DNA of 63,982 nt, counting the filler. It is 12 parts of 12 records of this genome, joined end to end, with 100 filler letters (N's around TTAATTAATTAA, not from the genome) between each part and the next. Parts side by side here need not be neighbours in the genome. Positions count along the whole stretch, not along the records: positions 32,530 to 41,220 come from SRR7504441_13681; positions 41,321 to 47,314 come from SRR7504441_13687; 10 more parts are not named here. One strand, written 5' to 3'. Shown in pieces: positions 34,844 to 45,685 of the stretch; the first letter of the stretch is position 1, and every line of letters starts with the position of its first letter. Position numbers and translations under genes: made by a program. The notes under the pieces are model-generated. The model was not told the DNA's origin. It ran no database searches and saw only the letters and a program-made list of their open reading frames with translations.

Positions 34844-37190
34844 TTATAATGTGTTGATCAATTCCTCGTCTTCAGGTGTGAGAATCCCTCTTTCTTGTAA
34901 TCTTGCGGCTAATCTATCAATCACATGATCACGATACATGACTTGCCGGCGCGCTCCCACAATGCATTGATTCTTGCGAGTGAGCGCCATTGTGAATCGG
35001 TCGAATGCTGGAAGGCTCTCCAGGTTTTGAAGCCTGATTTTGATTGAGTCTGCCATTCTTCGCATGTGCTCCCACTGAGCAACAAAGTTGACCTTTGGAC
35101 TCATTTGCTGCTCGTAGCACTGGTATTCTAGAAGTCGATCGAAGTCAGAGATTATTCGCTCGACGTCAAACTTTCGGGTACTGATGGCTTGACTAGCCTT
35201 AAGGTGGTGTGAAACATAGGATACAAGGTCTTGCTTGAAGGCGTCCACTTGCCACAGTGAGTCGAGCATGAAGCCTTCAAGGTTGTCTTCAAATTGACCC
35301 AACTGAGAAGCCATTGGCGGTATTTGAGATGCAAGCTCCGCCACCTCATTGAGCATCTCCCGATAGGCTTCTTCGACAGAGACAAAGACGTGCTCTTTCC
35401 CTTGGAAACGCCCACTCAATTTGCAGTCCATGCATACAGGAACTCCAGTGAGTGTGTCGAAACGATCTAATGGCATGCCAGTGCCACATGACTGACAAGA
35501 ATCGACAACAGCAGGCATGTCGTCTAGAGCAATCAGCCTGCCTTTGACCTCAAAAGCTAGAGGAACCTCTGGTCGAGCTGATGTGTACTCAAAAGTGACT
35601 TGATGAGTGGGTAGCACAAGGTTGGTATTCAGGACTAAGTAGGTGTCCAAGAAATAAGCCGGCGTGCCGTCAGCACAAAGCGAGGCTCCTGCGTTTGCGC
35701 TCGATTTTAGGTCGGCAGGCACGTACAAGCTGTGATACCTGCAGGGGCAGCAGACACAGTCAGCAATGATCGGACGCGATGAGTTAGTCACCCAGTGGGG
35801 AGTTGTAGCTCTGCATCGAGCTCAGCGCCAACAGCCATCGGCAGAGTACGCCCAAGTGCAACCTGACCAGGCAGTGAGGCAGAGCTAAAGCATTGCGCTG
35901 TATTTTCTACTCGGTACTGCTGACTAGCCAGCACAAAGTGTGAGCCCACCTTGCATAGGATCATGTTTTGATCGGTCCCAGGCACACAGAGTGGGTCCTG
36001 TATCCGGTACAGACCGAGGGGCACACCGCGTGCCAGCAGGGGGCCCAGGGCCTGCATTCCTTGCTGTGTAACAGCGTTCAGCACGTCTTCATCCTCCAGG
36101 TAGAGCCATAAATCAGCCACGTTAAAGTCTTTGTAGGTGGTGCAGAATTGGTCGAAGTCAGCGATGTCCACCAGCTGCGTGACCGAGTTGATCTGCACCC
36201 CCTGCTGCACGGGCGCCTGACAAAGGCTCATCACTCCGCCAGCAGCTGCTCACTCACGTGGTGACACAGCTCAAGCAGCGTTTCCACTCGCCAATAGGCT
36301 GCTGCTTCCGAGTTGAGCTTCTTATGATTTGCCTTGAACGGCACCGGCCGTGGCAAGTCGAGCAGCTGCCCCCCGGCTCAGCCAAGCTGCCGGACTGAGC
36401 CAAACCTGCTCGACAGAGACCAGTGCCGACTGCTGAGCATCAGCAATGTCTAGAGGGCGCGAGCTCTCGGTCAGCTCCGCGCTCTGCGACACAACAGGTC
36501 GGCTCAACACACGCTTACTTGCAGTGGGTTACCTGGATCTCATGCTCTCGTTCCTGCCGTGTCGATGCCAGCTCCGCTATTGCAGCGTCGACCACTGATC
36601 TGAACGCAGCTGCATCTTTGGCGGTGGAGAAACTCAGCCCGTGGGACTCGTCGTCCAGACCTGCGGCCGGTGTCGGCACGGCACTCGGCGCGAGCCACCA
36701 GTCCACTGGTGGAATTGGCTGCTGGCCGCCTCGTACACGCAGTCGGCGTACAGCGCAGAATTCACCAGCACCGAACGGTCCTCAGCACAGCTGAAACACA
36801 ACCAGCCGGACTCAGAGCACAGGGCATCGCGGCTCAGGCTAGCAGCAGCAGCGCAGCAGCGGCGACTGGCACTGCAGCAGTGCGCTGGCAGCAGCATGCT
36901 ACCGCCACCGCTGCTGCTGCTGCTGCATCGCAGAAATCGTGGAGGGCAGCGCACCTCACGACCCTGTACGTGTTGGCGGTGGCGTCGTGGTAAACGTCCA
37001 CCCGATTCACTTCGTCGCCCTGCGCGGCCAGCCCGTCGGCGCAGGCCCGGGCGCGGAGCCACCTGCTGAATCCACTCGTAGCCGTCCGACGTGTAGACGG
37101 CTGCGATCGCCCCGAAGACCCGCTGCTCCCTGCCGACCCCACAGACCTCGAGCTGAACCCAGGGAGAACGCACCCAGACGGCTGCCCCAT
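34844..37190 (-). CDS. EVH1/WH1 domain + PARP-catalytic-like region + B-box-like Zn finger + coiled coil, about 8 introns
   Basis: The spliced model reads MGEQRVF...YHDATANTYRVV...FHQW..GLSF (EVH1), MILCK|VALGR...G|YHSLY...YLV...VLP (PARP-like), CQSC...CMDC...H (B-box-like). The frame is continuous across the introns. Confidence 0.75.
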
Positions 37191-37349
37191 ATTCCGAATT
37201 CTTCTGTGGCTCGATTCTTCTGCAGCTGTGGCCGTTTTTCTGTGGCGACTGGCAGCTCGATTTGGCTAAGTTTAGAAGTGAGGAGCCCCAGGCAGGCCAG
37301 CAACACGTGCTGAGTCGCCTGGGCCAGCAGGCTGGGGCTGCCGGCGGCG

Positions 37350-38024
37350 ATGAATACCTACGGCCAGCGGGCGCTGCCCACCCTCCGGCTCGACCGTGTC
37401 GGCAAGGCCAAGATCGACGCGCCGCAGGACAGCGCGCGCAGGACGGCGCGCGGTGCTGAGGCAGGTCGCACCGGCCGGCACAAGCATACCACCAATGGGC
37501 GGCCCCTGGGGCACACCCGACAGCCGCAGCCGCCGCAGCACCGCCGAGGCTACGGCTTCTCGGCGCTGGTGGCCGACGGAGTGCCGCAGACGGTGCGCTG
37601 GTACGTCTCTACCAGGCGTAAGATGTTTTTTGATAGTTCGGGACAACCCAGGATTGTGCCAAACTCACGTGGCAAGAAGCGTCGGCCAGGCACGAAGGAC
37701 CTGGCAGCGGCGCTCCAGTGCAACGATCACAAGTTTGTGCACTTTCTGCAGGGCTGCCTGCGGTGGGATCCTCGCGAGCGGTATACGCCTGAGGATGCCA
37801 TCCAGCACGAGTGGATCCTGCAAGGGCTGCAGCCGGTTGCGCCGTCGCAGCCCTCGGCGCGGTCATCAAGAGCAAGTAGTGGGAGCAACCACTCGTCTGA
37901 TGATAAGCCGCACTCCAACCCCAAAGTCCACTCGGACGCTAAGCCAGTCAAACCATGCACCAAACGCGGCCAGCAGTTCCCATCGATCTCTAAACGCAAA
38001 ACTCTCCTTGCCACAAGGTACTGA
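37350..38024 (+). pseudogene. DYRK: DYRK2-like kinase with most of the kinase domain missing (N-terminus fused to subdomains X-XI)
   Basis: STRRKMFFDSSGQPRIVPNSRGKKRRPGTKDL...FLQGCLRWDPRER.TP..A.QHEWI. No Gly-loop, HCD or DFG upstream. Confidence 0.75.
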
Positions 38025-38423
38025 ATTGTGCGCCACCAAAACTGAGGGTCTGCGCACACACATGTTTCTAAAATTCCATAGCTCGGTGCACGTGGTTTCC
38101 AGAGCTCCACACCAAAACCTGTTTCACGACGGATCCGTTGACCACTGTCACTTTGGCTTGACTAAGTTTGTATTCTGAGGTTTCAAATGGTATCTGTAAT
38201 GCATGAAGTCCTATACCGGTTCTGATGATTCAATGCAGTCTGATCAATCCGAGGCTTGCCGTAACGTAAGAGTTCCGTTGCATCACTCTCGGGCGCTGGT
38301 CGGGCACACAACTTGTAACTCACATGAATACAAATCACTTAACGAACCTACTAAGTACTAATTGAGGCGACTTGGACTCTAGTTCAATACGTGCACGCAT
38401 TCAATTTTAATATCTAATTAAGT

Positions 38424-39108
38424 TCATTGGTATGGAGCTGCTTGTTTGGGCCACGAGTTGTTGTCTACTGAGCCAGTCTCATGCACCTTCTGTGTGTCCA
38501 CCATTAAGTCGAGGAAATTTTCCTTGTAGCAGAACATCCCCCCTGCGTTGTCGTCCACTCCGGCCTCAATTTTGAGGTGTTCGATCTGCAGCCCCACACT
38601 GTCAGCATCGCTGCCCAGCGCCAGCCAGCTCGCCTCCTCGTCAGTGAAGTGGTCTTTCGTCAATCTGCCGAAGATTTTGAGGCACTGCGCCAGGTCGTCG
38701 AATTTGATCTCGCCCTTCTTCTCCTTGTCCCACACCTGCCGCCGCGGCCTGAGCGCCGGAGCAGCACAGCCCGCCCGCCTGGAACAGCTTCTCGATCTGC
38801 TCAACGTCGACAGGATCCTTCTTTTGCTCCTGGTAGGTCTTCCACGCTATCGGAAATTCGACCTCCTCGGGCAGCACCGACACCTCCTCCTGCGTCGGAT
38901 TCTGACCTGGAGCCGCACAGCGCTGCTCAGCCTCAACGCTGCCGGCCCACTGACCGAGCGCGCGCAGGAAGAAAGCCAGCTGGTTGCGATTGATCTTCCC
39001 GTCAGAGTTGGTGTCGCAAATCGCGAACGCACGGTGGGCTTCTGCCTCCTCCTGAAACACAGCGCCTGTCAGTGCCTCAGGCCAGAGAACAGAAGAGATG
39101 ACCGCCAT
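38424..39108 (-). CDS. Calmodulin/myosin light chain-like EF-hand protein, 4 introns
   Basis: AFAICDTNSDGKI...LRALG|QNPTQEEV, LFQ|VWDKEKKGEI. Two introns are GC-AG (38736-38778, 38586-38633). Confidence 0.85.
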
Positions 39109-39244
39109 GCGAAAATTTCGGGCTAACGGCCCAGATCAACGGACAAATCCATACGAAAGAAGCGCAAGCCAGCTTTGGGGAGAGGCTGCATGAGCGCAGA
39201 GGGCAGCCGCGCGGTGGTGTAGCCCAGCTCGGCTGCTTGGCAGC

Positions 39245-40696
39245 ATGGCCCGGAGCTCGCTGCAGAGCATCAACCAGACCCTCGACACGCTGGTCAACAA
39301 CCTACGCCTGGACCATCCAGTGACGCCGCCAGCGGCTCCGCACCCAGTCGGCTCCGCACCCCAGCCGGGCCCAGCTGGTTCCGAGCCAGAGCTGCAGGTG
39401 GCCCAAACATTGGCCGCTGGCCGGTCGAGCTGCTGGTGGCGCAGAGCTCAGTGGGACCGACCGGGAGCAGCTTACAGCTGCAGCACTTCGAGGAGCTGCG
39501 CGAGTCGTCGGTGCAGCAGTGCAAGAAGGCCAACCAGGAACTGGTGCACAGACTGACGTGAGTCACAAACAGCCGGATGTGTGCCTGACCGGCGTGCGTG
39601 TGTGGTGACAGCGAGATCACCGAGGAGAACTCCCGGCTGAAGGTGCCCATCCCACGCGGTGGAGGCTGATGGGCTGCGCGCAGAATAAAGTTCACCAACT
39701 GAGCCGCAGGAGCTCCCCGGTGTCCGGGTGCCTGGTATAATGTAGGAACTGCCAAACGCTGGGGGTGCAGCCATGCCGCGAACTCGGCCCAGGGACCGGC
39801 CAGTGCCGAAATAGGCTGGAGCACCGAAAGCATGGTGGGCTGGCTCTGTGCTGAGTTGTGAGCTGGGGCACAGGTAGCTGCGTGCGATGAGATGCATCAG
39901 ATGGCAGAGGTGCTGATGAAACGGGTGGATATGATGCAACTCGCACCACCCGGGAAAGCTGGCAGCGCGCTTGTGACTCGAGCCGAATCAGCTCGCAGCG
40001 GCACCAACCCATCAGCCGGTCAGCTGCAGAATCAGCTCCCGACACCTTTGGCCCGCCAGCCAGCCATTACGAATGCAGCCACGTGTGAAACACTAGGTGC
40101 GGCGAGGCGATTGGATACTGGGTTACTGTTGGCAGATATTGCAAGGATGTGTACCAGCATTTCAAGCCTGTCATTGGCCACATTGTCAGACGCAGAGTTT
40201 GGCATGCTGCAGGTCAGCCGTGCGGTGCATGCTGACGAAGGCTCAAGAATGTGCAGGATCTCTATGTAAATTTGGGAGATCTCCTCGGGCAGCCTCGCGC
40301 AGCGGATCCTCAGGCAGTGGACCAGCTCCGGCCCAAGACCTCAACTTCGCCAAAGCTTAAGCTGAACGCGAGGTGACAGAGGCTGTGCCATAATTGCGTA
40401 GTTTGCATTGGGATTGGGAGATTCTCTAGAATTCGTCTCGAATGTGCGGTCTGCCCGGCAGGTGCTGGATTTGTGATGAGCAGGACAACTCTGCAAACCT
40501 GAAAGTTCGTTGCGGATGCGTCGACAGGATTGCACACGAGCATTGCCTCAAGGAATGGTGAGATCCTTGATTAAGATTCTGATGTCGACATGCAATTGAT
40601 ACCTGCCTACTGCACAGGATCGATATGCTTGATGGGGATGCCATGGCTACACGTTGTGCAGCTTGCAATGAGGAGTTTCAAATTCAGCAAGACTAA
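39245..40696 (+). CDS. Protein with a C-terminal RING-CH (C4HC3) finger, multi-intron
   Basis: The last exons read CWIC...RCGC...AHEHCLKEW|...CAACNEEF. The upstream exon structure is only partly resolved. Confidence 0.6.
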
Positions 40697-40960
40697 CATG
40701 TATAGCTTCTTCTTCGACAGGCCCATCTTCCATGGAAATTATCTCAAAGCTGGATGCTAGCTGGATGCATGCGTCCAAATCTCCGAGGAAATCTAACATG
40801 CAAGGAAGATAAAAAGTCTACATGTATCGATATCTTGCGGTATGGCCTGAACCGGTCGGGAGAACGAATAAAGTACTTAAGAGGACCTTTTGAATCGTTT
40901 TCTGAATGACGTATTGTACGTCTCGTCACGGATCTGAATGATGTAAGTTGTACGGTGCAC

Positions 40961-41004
40961 ACTACATGTAAACTAATGTTACATGTAGTATTAGTTTACA
41001 TGTA
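40961..41004. repeat. Perfect 15-bp inverted repeat with three ACATGT palindromes
   Basis: TACATGTAAACTAAT (40963-40977) / ATTAGTTTACATGTA (40990-41004). Confidence 0.85.
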
Positions 41005-41220
41005 CATAGTGTCGTAGTGTATTAAATTAACTGATTAATTCGTTGAAGATCTAATCTATTTAGTTATCATTCATTCATTGGCCTGCCAAGTAATTGATCT
41101 GGGGATAATTGTATGTACAACAATGCAAGCCACTTGGTCCATATGAGATGGCTATCGAAGAGAGAGACCTTGTCCTTCATGTAAGGTGCCGATTGAAGAC
41201 CACCGCCTCCAATCCCACCA

Positions 41221-41320
41221 NNNNNNNNNNNNNNNNNNNNNNNNNNNNNNNNNNNNNNNNNNNNTTAATTAATTAANNNNNNNNNNNNNNNNNNNNNNNN
41301 NNNNNNNNNNNNNNNNNNNN
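41221..41320. other. Artificial contig linker
   Basis: N44-TTAATTAATTAA-N44. Confidence 0.99.
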
Positions 41321-42850
41321 GGGGACGAAGAACTGATTGCGGCAGCAGAAGCGACATTCAAGGCAGCTGAGCGGTCAGCAAAAGGCTGGTACGGACCAAA
41401 TCGGCCGGATCCTGCCAGCGCAGCTAGTAGGCGCGAGTGGGACCGCACCGAAGCGGCCCGGAAAAAGGCAGAGCTGGACAGTGTAGACCCCCAGAAACTG
41501 TCAGGTGATCAGGCAGGGCTGGACGACACAGACCCCCAGAAACTGCCAGATGAGAAGGCAAGGCTGGATGACAGGCAGAAGCATACAAGACCCATCCGGG
41601 CTAAGCCACTGTTTGCAGCTGCTGGGTTGCTAGCCAGTGCGGCTACTGTGGCCTCGACTGTGAGCACCGGCGGTTCAACAGCAGCCAAGAATGGGGCAGT
41701 ACCACAAGAGAAGGTGTTGGCACCTGAATGTCTGCAGGTTGCACAACACCCAGGGCAACCGCAGCACCCGAGGCAGGATTCTGCAGCGCAGGCATGGTTT
41801 GGGGGGTCAACTTTGCAAGAGCAACCGCGTCAGCAGCAAGAGGAGTTAGAGCAGCAACTTCCGGAGTCCAGGCCCGCAGCGCAGCTCGATGGGATTAGAG
41901 GGGCAGTAGTAGCGACGCCTGGGCAGCAAGTTGGAGGCAGCCGCGGGTTTGTACAGACAAGGCTCCAGCCGGAGGCAGAAAAGTTCAACGAGGCTCCAGC
42001 TGGACGAGGCGCCAACTGGTTTGGGCAGCTCTCAGGCGAAGTTGTATCCCCGTCCGGCAAGGCCAGCAGTATCAGCCTGAGCGAGCTGCTGTTCAGCCCG
42101 ACACAAGCACAGCTCCAGGATTCAGAGCTCAGAGATTCAGAGCTTAGGGATTCGAGCGAACCAGAGTCACGAAACAGTGCGGCTTCGCTGTGTGCTAGAG
42201 CTCTGCATCGAGCAGTGTCAGCCCAGCTCTTGGAAGCGTCACAGGAGGTAGAGAGCCAAGAGCTGGGCCAACTGCGGTCCAAGCTCCAGCAAGAAAGGGA
42301 GCAAAATGCGCTGTCTGTTTCGCAGCTCTCACAGGGTAGTCACGAGGGCCACACCAGCACTACAGCTGACGAGAGGGCGCCAGCTTTGGATGTGAAGCAA
42401 TTGTTGGAATCTCAAGACCCTTTTAGCCGGCTCAACTCCCGTTTAGCCAGCTTCATGGACGTGGCGGCGGCAGCGTCCGATAGGGAGGTGTTGGCACCCA
42501 AAGGTACTCAGAGCAACAGCAGCATACAGGTTGAAACGCCTCTCCAGGCCAGGCAGGAGAAAACGCAGCAGAGCAGCCGTAGGGTGCTCAAGCTTGCTCG
42601 CGGCGTGTTCGACATGGCGAGTACTGGCGGGGATGTAATAATCACAGGGGCTCATCACCTGAAAGCTATGCTTGCGCGCGTCAGCCAAGAGGGCAGGGAA
42701 AAGTGTATTGCTGCAATGGCGGACATGGACAGGGAACAGTGCGGGATGATAACATGGGAAGATTGGAGCAACTGGTGGACACAGTTGGATCCACTGGAAG
42801 CTGAAAGGCAGCTCCTCACGTTGTCGCAGCATGCTCGCAAGTCGGTGTGA
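41321..42850 (+). CDS. Large low-complexity protein with a C-terminal EF-hand-like motif, 5'-partial
   Basis: Frame open from the contig edge to TGA 42850. Contains MDREQCGMITWEDWSNWW. Confidence 0.65.
   Translation, partial: GDEELIAAAEATFKAAERSAKGWYGPNRPDPASAASRREWDRTEAARKKAELDSVDPQKLSGDQAGLDDTDPQKLPDEKARLDDRQKHTRPIRAKPLFAAAGLLASAATVASTVSTGGSTAAKNGAVPQEKVLAPECLQVAQHPGQPQHPRQDSAAQAWFGGSTLQEQPRQQQEELEQQLPESRPAAQLDGIRGAVVATPGQQVGGSRGFVQTRLQPEAEKFNEAPAGRGANWFGQLSGEVVSPSGKASSISLSELLFSPTQAQLQDSELRDSELRDSSEPESRNSAASLCARALHRAVSAQLLEASQEVESQELGQLRSKLQQEREQNALSVSQLSQGSHEGHTSTTADERAPALDVKQLLESQDPFSRLNSRLASFMDVAAAASDREVLAPKGTQSNSSIQVETPLQARQEKTQQSSRRVLKLARGVFDMASTGGDVIITGAHHLKAMLARVSQEGREKCIAAMADMDREQCGMITWEDWSNWWTQLDPLEAERQLLTLSQHARKSV
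41466..41573 (+). repeat. 45-nt (15-aa) coding tandem repeat, about 2.4 copies
   Basis: Units start at 41466, 41511 and 41556 (aggcaR.gctggaY....gacccccagaaactg). Confidence 0.85.
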
Positions 42851-42919
42851 GTAATTCATAACCTGCTCGCGGCCATGTTGCGACGGCGTGAAGAGCTGCC
42901 TTTTAGCTTCCAATGGATT
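42788..42919. repeat. Long imperfect inverted repeat (stem of about 60 bp) overlapping the CDS 3' end
   Basis: The left arm from 42789 matches the reverse complement of the arm ending 42918, with mostly transition differences. Confidence 0.92.
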
Positions 42920-43072
42920 ATATATATTGAGCTTTGTAATTATAGCTTTGTAACATTACAAGTCATGGAATTCACATTTATTTTTCTCATTGCAAGGTTG
43001 TTAATAGCGCTCTAGATCTCTCTCTAGCTATAGCTTATTACCTCTACGAGTAAATCCAAGTACACGACAAGT

Positions 43073-44662
43073 TCAGTTCTGTTTGCGTTCGGCTTGTCGC
43101 CGAGCAGCTCTAGCCGCCCTCTTGTCGGGGTCTCGGGCCTTCTTTTTCTTCTTGTTTTTAATCCCTGCAAATGCACTGAGTCAAACTAGCGAGTATCGCC
43201 CAACCACCTTCGATCTGTGGCGCCACATTCTTTTTCTTCTTCCTTGCAGGGCCGTCGTCCGGTGTACTCCGCTTTCCCTCGTATCCCGAGCCCGAATCCT
43301 GCCTGGGCCGCTTGTTCCCACCCACAGCTCGGGTGTGTGCCCCATCTGCACTGCCCTGCCGAGCCTGGATTAGCAATGCCTGCTGTATCTTCTGGCCTGC
43401 TTCTTGAGTCTATTCACTCTGGCCACACGCCCACCGATCTTGGTCTCGTTCAGCTGCCCCAGTCCCGTCCACTCTGGCTAGACGGGCCAGATACCTCCAC
43501 AGCAAGTGCGACAGCGTCCCGATCTGTAAAGTGCACAAATGCAATCCCCTTGCCCAGGTTGGAGCCGCGGTCCCGAACCACTCGCACGTTGGCGATCTGG
43601 CCGCAGTCGCTAAATACAGCGTGCAGCTGCTGCTCCTGGCTGCGTGTGAGCCCGGCAGTCGGGCTGGGCTGCCTGTATATTAAACGGGAGGTTCCCAATG
43701 AACACGCCTTTCCTATGGTCTCCGTGTTCCGCATCCGTGTGCCGGCCGGCAGCCGTGGCCATATCCACTCGGAGCGTCCGCCCCTGGAGCACCTAGCCAC
43801 GCCGCTCTCTCCATGCCCACGCCGTGCTGCCTCACCAGCCCGTTAGCCTCACTGGCCGCGCTGTTGGCCGCCTCCTTCTCAATAAACACAATATATCTAC
43901 CGACCAAATCGGCCCGGCCCGGCGCCAGCCCGCACGCGTTGCACGAGTTGCGCTCGCCCAGCTCCTTTTTGGTTATCACAGCCGACCGCCGGTGTTTGGT
44001 GCCCTGGCCAGCCTCTCCGACACCCTCCGAACGGTGTCCAGCACCTCTGCGAAAGCAATTGATCTAAACCTTACGCTCTCGATCGCCCCAAACGGCCGGA
44101 ACAGCGCCTTCAGCTGCCACCCGGTTCCAGCGCGGCCAGCTCGCCGGCACCGGGGCTGGCCGGTGGATGCAATCGCCCGGTACGTTCCCAACGAACAGTG
44201 TTCGCTTCAGCTTCTCGGCTTCGGCGTTTTTCTGGGCGGCTGTCCCCTCCGGGTGACCCGAGGCGCGCGGGGCTGGCGCACAGCTGATCCGCGGCCGGGC
44301 CAATTCGTGCTCCTTGGAAGGGTCGGCGTCCGGATCGCGTGGCGCTGGCTCCTGGTCGGCCTCCTCCTCCTCCGCCTCCGGCTGGGGATCGGGGCTGCCG
44401 CGGCGCTCAGCCGCCGGTGTGGGGGCAGCGCACATATCAGCCGGCGCGATGAAGCTGGACGGCTTGGGCTGCCCGCACCGTCCGGCCCGGGTGCGGCAAG
44501 CGGGCGCACCGCAGCGAACAGCCCACTGAGCGCGCTGTCGGGTGCGGGCGCACCGAACAAGGCGGCCGATAGCGACGGATCGGATGGTGGTGCTGGGGGC
44601 TCGGCCGCGTCGCTCGCGGGCTTCTTGCTCTTGAGCTTCTTCTTCTTCTCTGACTTGGGCAT
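43073..44662 (-). CDS. RBM34: RBM34/Nop12-like nucleolar RRM protein, multi-intron
   Basis: KLKRTLFVGNV, FGAIESVRFRS, GVFIGNLPF, NVRVVRDR..LGKGIAFVHF, Lys-rich termini. Confidence 0.88.
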
Positions 44663-44741
44663 GATCTCTCCCCTGGTGCTTTGGCGCGCGGCGGCCGGTG
44701 CTTTCCGTTTTTTTCGAGCGGCGCGGGAAGTGCGCTGCAGG

Positions 44742-45593
44742 ATGGCTCCCAAGAAGAGGTCGCGGCCGTTCGAGGAGCCGGCTTTGGAGGGCAACCCACT
44801 GCTCTCCGGCTGGCAGGCCGCCCGGCAGGCCGAGCCACAGCTCGAGCGGGCGTTCGACCGTCGGCTGCCCGAGGCTGAGCGTGAGCGCCTCTACTACGAG
44901 GCCGAGGACCCCGAGCTGGCGCACAAGTACGCCTGGGCGATCCCGGACGCCCGGGCCATCCGGATCGTGGCGGCGTGCAGCCCGGTGGTCGAGATCGGGG
45001 CCGGGCGGGGCTACTGGGGCCGGCTGGTTCGGGATGCGGGCGGGGAGATCGCGTGCTACGATATCTGTCCGCAGGAGCCGCCGAGTCCGGAGCTGCCGGA
45101 GCCGTTCCCCAACTGGTACCGGGTGGAGCTGGGCGGGCCGGAGGCGATCGATCGGCACCCGGGAGCGGCGCTGATGCTCTGCTACCCGGACGACTTTGAG
45201 AGGAGCGACAGCAGCATGGCTCTGGAGGCGCTCGAGCGGTACAAGGGCGACACTGTGATCCATATAGGCGAGCTATTCGGGCAGTCGTTCTGCAAGCCGG
45301 GCGCGTTCGGCAAGACTACTGGGCCGGACGCCCAGGTATATCTGGCCGAGCATTTCCACAAGCTGCTCCAGGTGCCGCTCCCAAGCTGGTCGGCCTCGTG
45401 CGACACGCTGTCGGTCTGGCGCCGGAGCCAGCTGACCGAGATCGATGACAGCCAATACGCGGATGTGCCACCGGAGGAGCGGGTGGAGCTGGTCCAATGC
45501 TGCGAGCAGATGCGGCACTTGGTGGTGCCCGATAGCAAGACCTCAGCGACCCCAAAAGCTGCCAAAGCCGCAAAACAAAAGAAGCAGCGCTAA
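44742..45593 (+). CDS. SAM-dependent methyltransferase-like protein, intronless
   Basis: YAWAIP, VVEIGAGRGYW, LMLCYPD, VIHIGE. Confidence 0.7.
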   Translation: MAPKKRSRPFEEPALEGNPLLSGWQAARQAEPQLERAFDRRLPEAERERLYYEAEDPELAHKYAWAIPDARAIRIVAACSPVVEIGAGRGYWGRLVRDAGGEIACYDICPQEPPSPELPEPFPNWYRVELGGPEAIDRHPGAALMLCYPDDFERSDSSMALEALERYKGDTVIHIGELFGQSFCKPGAFGKTTGPDAQVYLAEHFHKLLQVPLPSWSASCDTLSVWRRSQLTEIDDSQYADVPPEERVELVQCCEQMRHLVVPDSKTSATPKAAKAAKQKKQR

Positions 45594-45685
45594 CTGGCTC
45601 CTTGTTCATTCCGAAAATAAAGAAATTGATTTTTACAATACATTTCAGGCTTAGTTCACAACTGAACAAGCCTTTCACTCGAGGA

